Assembly: GCA_951406725.2 (NCBI GenBank)
Contig: OX597830.1
Coordinates: 35,278,001 to 35,342,000, forward strand
Direction: 5' to 3'
Length of the DNA: 64,000 nt
Source of the DNA: Octopus vulgaris
Taxonomy: Eukaryota
The position numbers and the translations under genes are program-made. This document shows positions 26,239-39,355 of the stretch, piece by piece (position 1 is the first letter of the stretch; every line of letters begins with the position of its first letter). The notes under the pieces are model-generated. The model searched no databases and was not told the origin of the DNA. It saw only the letters and a list, made by a program, of their open reading frames with translations.

Positions 26239-27301
26239 ATATATATATATGTATATATATGTTTGTATGTATGTATATATACAGAGGGTGATGGACAGGG
26301 GGAGGAGAGAGAGGAGAGTAAAGTCTATAAGCTTAAGGCGTTCGAAATTATTCTTCGTGTAATAGCACAACTATTATGAGCACCACGGCAATCACAAACT
26401 TAACTACTACCGGTGCCACCACCACCACCACCACCACCACCAATACCAACACCAACACAATAATAATCATCATCAATATTGGTCTTCTAATCAGCTGTAG
26501 CAGCCATCATCATCGTAGCGATTAATGTCTTCAAGTCATTTTATGGTAACAAATTTTGCCATTGTCATCGTCGTCGTCGTCATCATCATCATCATCATCA
26601 CTATCAACATCGTTTTCACTAACTCTATTACAGTCATGTTTCGCCCTTTGTTGATGCTGTTGTTGTTATAGCTGCAGATAATATAGCCACAATCGAACTT
26701 ATTAATCAAGATTTCATTATCCTCATTATCTCGTTCAATGAATTCATCATTGCCCCATTCTCGTCCTCACCATTTGATTTTGTCGCCAGTTAGTCAGCCA
26801 CAATTATTCAGCTTGTCACTAGATGGCGGTAGTGACCAAAATCTGGACGGACAATACGAAATAGTTACCGTTAAATTAGTAGATAAATTAAGGTGGAGTG
26901 GACCTAATAAATAACATGCAAAAAAAAAAAAAATGAAAAATATCCAAAATCATTCCAATTTGCCTCTTAGTTAAAGAAAGAAACATAAAACCCTGCCATA
27001 ATTACAAGAGATTCACAAACCAAAGGGGAGGTAATTCCAACGAATTTCAAAGTTTTTACACTTGGTTAGGGAACATTATTTGAGTGTCCTGAGGATCTAA
27101 ATAGGACAAATTGTTTGTTGTGCTTCAATTAATTCTTACACCGATAAACAAAATATTATGTGACTCTCCTGAATAAGTATGGCACCACACAAGACCAACA
27201 ATTCCCTAGCACTATAAAGACGCATATAAGACGGAATATATCCGTATGCACGCTTACGCATATATGAATACATAGATTGCGTATGTGGTGAGCAGTAGCA
27301 T

Positions 27302-27302
<1 letters not shown>

Positions 27303-27384
<82 letters not shown>
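27303..27384. repeat. (AGT)n microsatellite
   Basis: Direct inspection. Confidence 0.97.
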
Positions 27385-27385
<1 letters not shown>

Positions 27386-27454
27386 ATACGTTGTTTGAAT
27401 TAAAGCATACCTGCGAATTGATCAAGGCGATATTAAGTTCAAACGACACCCTTA

Positions 27455-27830
27455 AGTACAGCGCCTCCGATTTGGACTCTCACCAAGAGAATCAGGTGCA
27501 TGTGGAACGGTGCCTACACCAGAATGTTATGTGCAGTGCTCAACATCTCTTGGAGTGATCACTCAACAGAACAACGTTTATATGGGAAGGCACCAATTTG
27601 CTCATCAACCATCCAAGAGCGGAGATTGAGGATTCTTGGCCATTGGAGAAGTAAAGAGGAATTTGTGAGTAACGTGAAGCTGTGGACACCAAATCATGGT
27701 ACCAGAGCGGCTGAAATACCACGAGAGACGTATATACAACAGCTTGTAGTAGATACTGGATGCCACGTTGAAGAGCTAAAAACACTAATGGAAGATCGGA
27801 AGACATAGAGAGAGATAGACAGCCTGGCTC
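27455..27830 (+). pseudogene. RTE/RTE-X-like LINE ORF2 3' relic
   Basis: GAYTRMLCAVLNISWSDH..EQRLYG...RRLRILGH...LWTPNHG...TYIQQLVVDTG...ELKTLMEDR is a typical RTE-type C-terminus. Confidence 0.85.
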
Positions 27831-28620
27831 GGACAAACAGCCTAACTGGATGATGTGTGGATATAAAAAAAACAGGAAGTACAGCTTCCGAAATAGTGCT
27901 TTCCTACCTTTCCGTTGTCTGCAAAAAGAGTAATTCAATCAGTACAGAATGTGAAATCAGATTAAAAGTTCTATCTTCTTTCCAGCTATATCCTAGCTAT
28001 ATACCTAGAAGCATATAAAACACCTCCGAGCTTTATACTGGCAGGTGTGTTAAATAAAATGTCTTAATAGTCTTCATTTATTTTTCTTCCTGTATTCATC
28101 TTAGTTTATGTGTTTATTCATTGTCGTTATTTTACCTAGTTAACACTAATCTGTAAGTGACATAAGTAAAATTTCAACACACATTGATCTATTATGGTTA
28201 ATTTTTACACCATGGTAAATCCGGCAAAACAATTATGGCATGTGATTTCCTCTAGTATAGATGCCTAAATGCTGCTATGGTCAATCTCGGCTAGGTTTTG
28301 AAGATGTGTGGACTTCATCAAAGCTTATATAATACGGTTATATAATCGTATTCAAAGAATCCTAATTCAGAAATAACCAATCAATAAAATCTGTAGTTTT
28401 TGAACCGACATAATTATTATGTATGACTAATGAACTTGATACACATAGTTGCGTCCCTTTGAGTTCTGTGTTCATATTTCTTAGTCAAAGACATTTTTTT
28501 TAATTCCATACTCTCTCACAGTGAAACGCACACACAAATGTTATAGCCAGACAGACAGACAGACAGACATACATACATACATACAGACAGACAGACAGAC
28601 AGACAGGCAGACAGACAGAC

Positions 28621-28709
<89 letters not shown>

Positions 28710-29039
28710 CACATGACATGTCTCATGAGAGAGAAAGTATTCTGTATATATATTACAGAGAATAATTATTAATTCACAAACAGATGTTATTTTGATCCGT
28801 TGCTATTCAGTTTCTCGTTCTTCACATAATTCGTTCAGACGAAATGGTACCCAAACATAGCGAGAAAAGCGAGAAACTCTAAGCATTATCACAGAATAAA
28901 ATGCGTATTGCTCACACACACAAGCTATATTTTTGCAGCTTTAATAAAACCTATATTACTCTACCTTTGTCATTCGAGTACTATTATTCCACCTTGTGCT
29001 CACCTGTGTTCACCTGTGCTCACCTGTGTATATGTGTAT

Positions 29040-29410
29040 CGAGGCACTCCATCGCTTATGACGATGAGAGTTCCAGTTGAACCGATCAACGGAACAGCCT
29101 GCTATTGAAATTAACCTGTAAGTGGCTGAGCACTCCACAGACACGTGTACCCTTAACGTAGTTCTAGGGGAGATTCGGCGAGACACAGAGTGCGAAATAT
29201 AGGTACAGCAGAAATGGGAAGAAAGAGTGAAAGAAATTTGTGGTGAAAGAGTACAGAAGGGTTCGCCGCCACCTCCACCCCTCTTGCAGGAGCCTCCTGG
29301 AGATTTTTGGTGTTTTCACTCAAAAAAGGCTCACAACGCCCGGTCTGGGAATCGATCCGCGATCCTACGATCGCAAGTCTATTGCCCTAACCACTTGGTC
29401 ATTGCACCTC
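29040..29410 (-). mobile_element. SINE family C
   Basis: gatcaacggaacagcctgct...gtggctgagcactccacagacacgtgtacccttaacgtagttct shared with 36456-36784; tRNA-like head at the right end on the minus strand. Confidence 0.87.
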
Positions 29411-31369
29411 TACATATGTGCATATATATATAATATATATGTGTATACGTATATATACATATGTATAATATATATACACATATACATACATATGTATGTA
29501 TATATTTTTATTTATATATGTATGTACGTATCTGTGTATGTATGTATGTATGTATGTATGTATGTATGTATGTATGTATGTATGTATGTATGTATGTATG
29601 TATGCATGTATGTATACGCAATATCGAGAAAGTTATAAGTAGTATCTAGCAGTTTTCCCTTAGAAAATTCAGTAAGGATTCTAGGATTCTAGGATTCTGA
29701 AATATTCCTATCCTGGGGAGATATATATTTATATTCAATTAACTTTACGGAATCTTAGAATTCAGCATCTGCTCTCTCCAACTTTGTTATTTCGGAATGA
29801 AATTACCATATTAACTCTTCGAACGTGTTAGATTCCACGTAATATAATATTTTTCCTTTTGTTTAACAGATTTGTCTTGGATTCCTCTAGCCACTTCCAA
29901 ATTCTCAGTTTTGAAGCAACAAAGAAAAAAACAAACAAAAAAGCATGCGAGGTTGCTTTGCCCTGTAATTGCAGTATTTTGTAAAGTTTTTACTTTCTAT
30001 CGTCATAGCTGTGTACTTTTGAAATAATTAGCTTCGTCTCATTGAATGACGTGTCCTTATCTGATTGGCTAATCGCATTGATTTGCGTAAAAATTTTTAC
30101 TTCGTTTCTATTGTATTCTAAATGACAATGTCAGGTCAGTTAGCGCTTATCTTTTCTCTGAAAATTTCACATGTGTTGTATTTGTGCAGTTTTCAGCTTT
30201 ACTTGTTGGTGGTGGTAGTGATATTACTACTGCTGGTGCTCTATGCCTATCCCCTGGTAAGCCCTGGAGGCAGACATATGTCTTAGATTGAAAGGCATTC
30301 CAGTATTGAATACGTAGTCCGTATTTCAGAACTACATAATCCAATGTTCCTTACGTTTTTAAGAGATTGAAAGAGTGATTTACATCTTGGGTGTTAAATT
30401 CTACAGATTGCTCTTTGTTTATCGCGCGATATGTGTTTGCCTTGGTGTGACATGGTTAAGTGTGTTATGTGTGTGTTTGTGTATCTGTGTGTGTGCGCTC
30501 GTACACGGGGATTCATTGTTTGTGTGTATGCGCGATGGTTCATTTCATTATATTTGTGTTTTGATATCACGTAGTCTATACCTTCCTCCGAAATATGAGC
30601 GAACAGGCAGCCTTTCAACAGCCCGGATGCAAAACATCACCCCATATAGGGGTTTATACATTTGTACAGAAAGATTTCTAGCTTATCGTTCGATGTGCAT
30701 GTGTGCATTTTTGTAATCTTTGAGAATAAACGTATATACCTGTGTGTCTATATACGCATTTTCTTATTTATGTGTATATATGTGTAGGTTTATTTGTATG
30801 TTTGTATGAGAGAATGAGCTATCGCGCCTACATGCTTGCAATTGTTTCACGCGGTAATGACTGTCGTTTAATGTAAATTTGAATGGTATTTCTAGCAGAA
30901 TCAACGGCTATATAGATACTCATTCATTTGTTCATTAACACAGTGTTGATTGGTAGGACGATGTTAGATAATTTCCTTTGTTTTTGTTGTTGTTCAACCT
31001 CTGATCTGGCTTTATGCAGCAGGAAAAATCGAAGATGCTCTGGCACTTGAGGGGGTAAAATTTTGGAAAATGCCTCTCCTCATTCAGTCAATTACAGCAG
31101 ATGTATAACTATATTTTTTTTTACTAAAGTGTCAAGAAATGGATATATATCTTTTACATTTTATTTGTTTCTGTCATAGGCTGAGTCCATAGTGAAATGT
31201 TTTACCCTAACAAATCATCCCCAGGACTTATTTTCTTGATATATTTTGTAGGGTAGTAAACAAACCAGCGTCGGTTGTCAAGTAATTGTAGAGAACAAAT
31301 ATAAACACAAACACATATAGACCGAAAGTATAAGTAGTAACAATAGAACAAAAATATAACATTTACAAC

Positions 31370-32125
31370 CGCAAGTGGCTAGGATTCCCACGGATTCTTG
31401 CATATATGGTTTTGTACAAGAGCAATGTTCATTACAAATATTAATAACGGAGCAGTACAAATGCGGTAAGAAACAGACGGTACTGATGATGCACCATTTG
31501 AAGAATAACGGCATCTTTTCTTCCTCTCTAGAGATAAGGACTCGAGGAAAGTGGATAGCTTCTGAAGCAACTGAGAACTTTCTGACGTCCCTAGAATATT
31601 GTGTTGTAGTGGCCCATAAACAGACCAATACTGAAGGATTTGGAAACAATGTGTTTAAACTATACTATGGTCATCAGAAAAAAAAAGAAAACAGAACCGC
31701 AGTAGCCAACGAGTAAAGAAAGAAAAGGTGAAAAGTTGCTATTTAGATTTGGTACAATGTATGTAACAGAAACATCGTAACACTTGGAAGAAGTTTGTGT
31801 TTAGGTGTTAGTTAAGATGGAAAGAACTTTTGCCGTGGAAGCCAGCTAGAATCTGCTTTCTGAATCACAGCGTACACGACATGCTTCCTAATCCTTCAAA
31901 CCTAAAGCACTGGAAAATAAAATGTATAAATATTGTTTTGGAGGTAGCTGTTAGAGAAACTTTTGAAACCAGAGTTCACTTGATATACTGGAATCTTGAA
32001 AAACTGCGGCAGAAAGAGAAGATGATGCCAGTATGCTGTCGGAAGCCAATAAAAGCAAGCCATTACATTTGGCTCAAAGGAGAGGACAAATGGTGCAATA
32101 CGAATGAGCTTCAAAGATAGTAGAA
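31370..32125 (+). pseudogene. Hero-like (RLE non-LTR) retrotransposon relic
   Basis: RTRGKWIASEA, WKPARICFLNHSVHDMLPNPSNLKHW and KASHYIWLK resemble the W.P.RI.FL..SVYD.LP.P.NL..W and AS.WIWLK motifs I recall for Hero-clade ORFs. Confidence 0.7.
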
Positions 32126-32489
32126 GCATCTGTCCCTGAGTCACAAAAGTTGACTAAATAAAAATCTTGCAGATGTGCAGGATTTTTGTTGCCTACATAG
32201 GTGGATGTCCCCGGGCAGGTCTGGTATCGAGGTGGAAGGGACCCAATATTCTAGAGAACTATTTTACCGAGTAATGAGATACCGGTACTTGCATTCAGAG
32301 ACAGTGCACAGCAGCACGCCCTCTCAATGTACAAGTAATTATGTATATATATATATACATACATGTGTGCATATGCATGTTTATATATATATATGTTTGT
32401 GTGTGTGTGTGGTATCTGTGTTTGTATATATATGTACATGTATATATACACGCATATATATGTTTTTGTATACATGTATATGTATATAA

Positions 32490-32549
<60 letters not shown>

Positions 32550-33110
32550 GTGTGTATGTGTGTATACTCACATACACACACACACACACACATATATGTT
32601 TACATTTATATATATATATTCAGGAGACGATATATACTTTCCAGATTATTATTCGATATTTAATTTGCATTATATATTCAAAATTATTTCTTCCTAAGGA
32701 AATTTCAGGTGGCAATATTTTATGAATTTGAATTACTTTTGTGTCACCATGAGAATTCGCACCCCTGACGATTGCTTCTTCCAACAATATTGCCTTTCTT
32801 GCTTTAAGCTTCTTTGCTTTCCGTTTGTGGAATTAGTTTTTATTTTTTTTATCTTGTTTTCTTCGAAACTATTTCTATATATAAATATTTATATAATTCC
32901 TCTATTTCTTAATTGCTGATATTTCTTTCAAATCTTATTATCTAGAACTGTCACATCATTTTAAAATAATTCTTTATATTTTATGAGTATATATGTTTCA
33001 TTAACTTTCATATGAAACTTACGTATGTATCTATATATCTCTCAATCTATCTGTATGTATATGTGTGTGTATGTAGTATATATGTATATATATATACATA
33101 TATATACATA

Positions 33111-33163
<53 letters not shown>

Positions 33164-34099
33164 CTATGTATGTATGTATCTATGTATGTATATGTATATA
33201 TATATATACACACATATATACCATATATAGAATATGTGTGTATGAGTGTAGGTGTGTATGTATGTATAGGAAAAATGAAAGATGTTAACTAAATATCATA
33301 CAAGAAAAATTGTTTGGTTTATTGAAATTATTCTCAAGACAAGTTTGACAGTATCTGGCAGCAAGTACTGTAGGTTCGAAATAAAACCCGAGAGATAATC
33401 TCTAGGAACTAGGCGATCTTTATGGGGGTGAAGGGAGACAATTGAAATCATATTTCTGTTACAATAGGCTTCATTAGTACGATACTGACCTCCTCGATTC
33501 CAACCGCACATTAGATCTAATCAGTAATAGAAAAATAGAAATTATTTCTGGTTTCGAGTAATTTGCGTAATTTATACAAAATTACGAGAAATAACTCAAA
33601 ATATCCAGAGAACTCAAAGAAATAATACAAAATACTTAAAGCAATATAAAAGTTATTAAATTTCTACGATTCTACTTACCCCTACTCACTTTGAGAGATT
33701 TTTTTCCTTGCTATATGTTTGATCTTATTATACAAATTATCCAAGACTAGACATTTTGTCTGCTCATTTTATGTATGTCTCAATGATGTGCGTCACTGCT
33801 ACTGTCAATGTCACTACAAGTGATGGGCTCATTATTCTTATTTATGTCCGACATGATGCAGTTATCAAATGGATTATGCGAAACGTTATGTGGCCCTTCA
33901 TTCTCTTCAGGTCGAAACTGATAAATGGCTCGTGGTTTCTTGTTCGTATCATTAAATATATTTAGATCTCATGATAATCTTATACTAGGATAATAATTTT
34001 CTCAGGTTTCTAAATTTGGGTGGCTTTATGACAAAATCATATACATACATACAAACATACAAACATACATACATGCATAGATACGTACTTATATAAATA

Positions 34100-34149
34100 C
34101 ATGCATACATACATACATACATACATACATACATACATACATACATACA

Positions 34150-34178
<29 letters not shown>
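34100..34178. repeat. (CATA)n microsatellite
   Basis: Direct inspection. Confidence 0.95.
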
Positions 34179-34182
<4 letters not shown>

Positions 34183-34481
34183 GTAAGTATGCATGTATGT
34201 AGACATGTGCGAACACAACATTTTTAAAATAGCATGTTTTGTATTGGTTTTATATATATATTTATAAGTATACTTATATTCTTATCATGTATATGCATAA
34301 GTATATATATGTGGCATGCATGTGGGAAGAATGCTGACAAAACATGCAGCATGAAGGAAGCTCGAACGTCAATAAAAGAAAACGTAAAATAGAGTTATAA
34401 GAAGAAATGCAGTTGTGTGAAGAGAACGTGCATCGATAAAACCATGAAAAGTTACTGCATAAATGGTGCCAATAAATGTTA

Positions 34482-34513
<32 letters not shown>

Positions 34514-34517
34514 ATGC

Positions 34518-34567
<50 letters not shown>

Positions 34568-35148
34568 TTACATACTTACAAGCACACATATACATATACA
34601 TATTTACTTGCATATATATATACATATATATACTTACAAATATATATATATATATATATCACACTTACCTCTACTCGATACTTCACTTAGTATTCGTTAT
34701 TAAACACAATATCATTGTAAATACCGTAACTCTATCTACATTTATATATAATGAAAAATTGATCCCATCTCATTCCCATAATTGTCACCCTTTTGAACGT
34801 AAGCCGAGCGAAATAAATTTATTTTTCGTTTATATATAACATGCAGTTATATAGTCAAATACTATTACTTTCAGATGAACGTGAACCGAAGCAACCCAAT
34901 ATGTACATATCTAATAGTAATGTAATCTTAGTATTACTTATGTTGAATAGAAAAATTCAAAAGCAATGAAATATTAATTCTTAGTCAAACGCCATTTAAG
35001 CATGAAACATTTGAAGAGTTAGAATTTAAAGCTGACAGTTATAAGATGAAATAGTGCAAGGTAGTTCTTAACAGAACGTTTATCTGATATTAAAAGAAAT
35101 AATGAAGAATAAATGAAGAATACTAAGTGCAATAAAATACAGTGAAAC

Positions 35149-35578
35149 ATGGCCGTGTGGTAAGTAGCTTGCTAACCAACCACATGGTTCCGGGTTCAGT
35201 CCCGCTGCGTGGCATCTTGGGCAAGTGTCTTCTGCTATAGCCACGGGCCGACCAATGCCTTGTGAGTGGATTTGGTAGACGGAAACTGAAAGAAGCCTGT
35301 CGTATATATGTATATATATATATATGTATATATATATATGTATATGTGTGTGCGTGTGTTCGTGTGTCTGTGTTTGTCCCTCTAGCATTGCTTGACAACC
35401 GATGCTGGTGTGTTTACGTCCCCGTCACTTAGCGGTTCGGCAAAAGAGACCGATAAAATAAGTACTGGGCTTACAAAGAATAAGTCCCGGGGTCGAGTTG
35501 CTCGATTAAAGGCGGTGCTCCAGCATGGCCTCAGTCAAATGACTGAAACAAGTAAAAGAGTAAAAGAGTAAAAGAGTA
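35149..35578 (+). mobile_element. Near full-length SINE family B (tRNA head, CORE-like block, internal microsatellite)
   Basis: A box tggccgtgtggt, B box ggttcagtccc, CORE-like atcttgggcaagtgtctt, internal (TA)n/(TG)n, tail (gtaaaaga)x3. Confidence 0.93.
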
Positions 35579-35594
35579 ATAAGTATTTCAAATT

Positions 35595-35790
35595 TTTGGC
35601 ACAAGGTTAGTAATTTCAGGGAGGATTTAAGTCATTCAAATCGACCTCAGTATTCAACTGGTACTTATTCTATCGGCTCCGAAAGAGTGAAATGTAAGGT
35701 GGACCTCAGCGGAATTTGAACTCAGAAAGTAAAGAGTGATGAAAGGTTTCTAAGGCTTGTGCCCGGTATGCTACCGATTCTACGAGCTAG
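35595..35790 (-). mobile_element. SINE family A, old copy
   Basis: aactggtacttattctatcggctccgaaag...cggaatttgaactcagaa. Confidence 0.8.
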
Positions 35791-35896
35791 ATGATGTAAT
35801 AATAAGAATGAATTACAGAAGGTGGACAACGACTGAAACAGGGTAAAAACAAGATATTGTTAATATTAAAGAAACTGGAAGAAAACACACAATGCT

Positions 35897-36244
35897 AAAA
35901 AGAGTACCCAGAGAGTGCAAACCTCCGCTAAGGCAACACCAACATCGTTTCAATGATTAGTCAATTTTTAAAATGAGACTATCCGAAATAAATTAGACTG
36001 CTCAAACGGGAATACTAAAAATGAACCCGACCGCTCTCAAAAATTAAGTAAAAAAAAGTAGGAAAAATAATCCAGAATCCTTGTCCGGTACCGGATCGAT
36101 CCCAAAATCGTGCTAGTCATGAGGCCAAACATCCCTGAAAGTTTCATCCGAATCCATCAAGCGATTCTTGAGATATATTGTCCACGGACAAACAAACGAA
36201 CACGACCGCAAATAATACTTCCGCCTTCGCTGAGGAAAAGGTAA
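35897..36244 (+). mobile_element. Non-autonomous Helentron/DINE-like element
   Basis: Subterminal acctccgc motif near the left end, ccgccttcgctgagg hairpin at the right end, short (caaa)n; second copy inverted at 48954-49288. The repeat is certain; the class is inferred. Confidence 0.65.
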
Positions 36245-36455
36245 TGATAATAAAGGCGGAAAAAAGCAATCAATGAATATTTTTGTATGACTCATAAACA
36301 TAAAATTAGTAAATGAAGTGGTAGTCAGACTCGAACATGCAAATTTTGCCGAGTCAAGATTCAAATGAGAGGTTAATTGTGTTATTCTATATCATTAGGT
36401 ATGTTTAACGGCAAGTTCATAATGAACATGTGTACTTTTTAATGATATCGAAGAT

Positions 36456-36784
36456 GGAGGAGCACTCCATCGGTTGCGACGACGTGGGTCTCACCTGATA
36501 CGATCAACGGAGCAGCCTGCTCGTGAAATTAACGTGCAAGTGACTGAGCAATCCACAGACACGCGTACCCTTAACGTAGTTCTCGGGGGGTTCAGCGTGA
36601 CACAGTGTGTGACAAGGCCGACTCTTTGAAATATAGGTACTACTCATTTATTGCCAGCTGAGTGGACTGGAGCAGCGTGAAATAAAATGTCTTTCTCAAG
36701 GACACAACGTGCCGCTGGGAATTGAACTCACGACCTTACGATCATGAGCCGAATGCCCCCAACCACTAAGCCACGCGCCTTCAC
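36456..36784 (-). mobile_element. Full-length SINE family C (tRNA + CORE-like) with TSD
   Basis: Minus strand GGCGCGTGGCTTAGTGGTT...GAGTTCAATTCCC...TTGTGTCCTTGAGAAAGACATTTTA; flanks gatatcgaagat (36444) and gatatctaagat (36785). Confidence 0.92.
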
Positions 36785-36875
36785 GATATCTAAGATATAC
36801 ACATATATACATATGTATGATTGAGTGGATAAACGAAAGATTGATGCACTCAACTCATTTAGTAGGAGTTACCTT

Positions 36876-37717
36876 CGAGGCCTGGTCAATAAATACCCAG
36901 ACTCTTGCTATAGTAACGAAGCTAAAGCACGCAGAGTGAAGCCGTTCGATAAGGATTGACCTGGAACTCTATGGTGCATGCGTACTACGTTTTAACGCTC
37001 TAGTTCACTTCCACTGTTTCCAGCAGTGCTTGGACGTAAAGTATGTAGCGTGGGATCGTCGCATTGACCATGATAGAGAAAGTTTTTATGATGATAGCTG
37101 CTCAGAGGCCTACGCAAGGTTATAGAAAATGTATGAACCACACACAAGTGTACGAGTGGGTTCAGACGTTTCCAAAATGGCCGAAAAAATGTCCTTATTG
37201 ACAAACTTACTGATAGTTCCGCTACCGAGGAAACATCGCAGACGTGCGTGCATCTGTGAGAGGAAATCATCGAATCACCATCCGTGAGTTATCAGATGAT
37301 GAGTAGATTAGTTACGGTTTAGTTCAGTCCATTATAAATAAAGGTTTGGGTATGAGACGCGCGTCTGCCAAGTTTCTGCGAAAATTGCTTTCAGCTGACC
37401 TGAAAGACAGACGCTCGGGTTTCAGTTGCACAAGGCGTCCTTGATGGTGTCGAGAACGCCTTTGAGCAGGTATCGCCAAGCTTTGGGCAAAATTTGATGC
37501 AGATTCTCTGCACAACTTTCTCTGTCACGGTCAATGGGACGCTCCACACGATACACACCTTCCTTTCGAGCTCTTCTGTAAATAGCGGAATTGAGCTTGA
37601 GCGTTAGAAATTAGTGCACATGTACATCAGAGGTCAATTCGTACAACGCGGCTTTGCTCTCCTTGCTTTCGTATTGTTACTATGGCAACAGTCCGGATAC
37701 TTATTGATCAGAACACG
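36876..37717. mobile_element. Non-autonomous mariner derivative with two inverted 5' ends
   Basis: Termini CGAGGCCTGGTCAATAAATACCCAGAC and CGTGTTCTGATCAATAAGTATCCGGAC (reverse complement); transposase N-terminal remnants on + (QVYEW, FQNGRK, GMRRASAKFLRKLL) and on - (QRICIKFCPKLG). Confidence 0.82.
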
Positions 37718-37924
37718 CATGTCATTTAAAAGACATTGATTCGGTCCCATGCAGCTTAAAGTCTCGTAGACCTCTCGCAAGAACCTACGAAACATTAGAT
37801 TGCATGCGTGTGTTTGTGCATGTGAGAGTGTGTGTGTGAGTGAGTGTAAATAGTTAGATAAGGAGAGAGGCAGACATACAGACAGATAGAGACAGACTCA
37901 ACTACATTAATGTCAATATCAACG

Positions 37925-37955
<31 letters not shown>

Positions 37956-37974
37956 TTATATATATACATGTATG

Positions 37975-38005
<31 letters not shown>

Positions 38006-38054
38006 ATGTATTTATATATATACATATATATGTATGCATATATATATATATATT

Positions 38055-38086
<32 letters not shown>

Positions 38087-38149
38087 TGTATATACCTATA
38101 TATATGTTAGTGTATATTTACATATATACATATACATGTGAATATATAT

Positions 38150-38190
<41 letters not shown>

Positions 38191-39103
38191 TATATACAAA
38201 CACAGACATCACACATACACATAGAAACACATACATACATATAGAGATATACATAAACACAGACGTATGCATGTCAGCGCATTTTAACCTGCATATATAC
38301 AATAAAACACGCAGATATCTAGGAACATCAACTATAATATAAATGAATAAAAAAAAGGTCGGAACGAACATACAAAACCTAGTTCGTCTGCAACTATCAA
38401 ATTAATTCACATTATACATTTCGTGATTCGAATAATCATTATCATAATGGCTGAATCTAATAAATAATGCAAGGGATATAATAACGAGACTCTAATTAAT
38501 TAGAATTCATTAATATAAGAATGCACCAGGGGAGAATTTGCTCTTTAGTAGTAGGAGTGGGCATGATTCGCTCTTGATGGACTTCATCAGCGAAGAATAG
38601 CCAAACAGTTAAAACAGAAATTAAATGAGGAAAACCGTATACACAGCAATTCTGAACAAAAGGTGTTGGTGTAACTTAAATGCGTAACTGAAAAAATATT
38701 AATAATATCAATTGTAAATAACGGGCTCGCATATTCATAGTAGGAAAACAAAATGTTCATTAATTATGGCGGTATGTGCCATATAAGTATATATTATTCT
38801 ACGTTGGTATACTATACATAATTGCATTTAATATGACCCGTATCATACTCTGCACGTATACATATTTACGTTTTATACATTCATACAAACATATATGCAA
38901 ATTTTTATATGTTTAAGTGCATGAGGTGGCATATGTATATATGGTAAATGAAAGACGGAAGATGGAATGCAGAAAGATACGAGAATCTTAGAGACAGACA
39001 GACAGATAGACAGACAGACAGATATATAGATATACCGAGATACAGGCATAGACACAGACAGGAGACATACAGAGACACACATATCTATCTATCTATCTAT
39101 CTA

Positions 39104-39152
<49 letters not shown>

Positions 39153-39218
39153 GTGTGTATACATTATGCTTATACGCGCATACACTCACGCACATATGCA
39201 TAGGCACAATATATATAC

Positions 39219-39252
<34 letters not shown>

Positions 39253-39265
39253 GTGAGTGAGTGTG

Positions 39266-39312
<47 letters not shown>

Positions 39313-39322
39313 ATATATATAT

Positions 39323-39355
<33 letters not shown>

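Noticed and set aside
30045-30075. tgacgtg and ctgattggct (CRE/CCAAT-like motifs)
   Set aside because: Short motifs expected by chance; no associated gene or transcription start site evidence.
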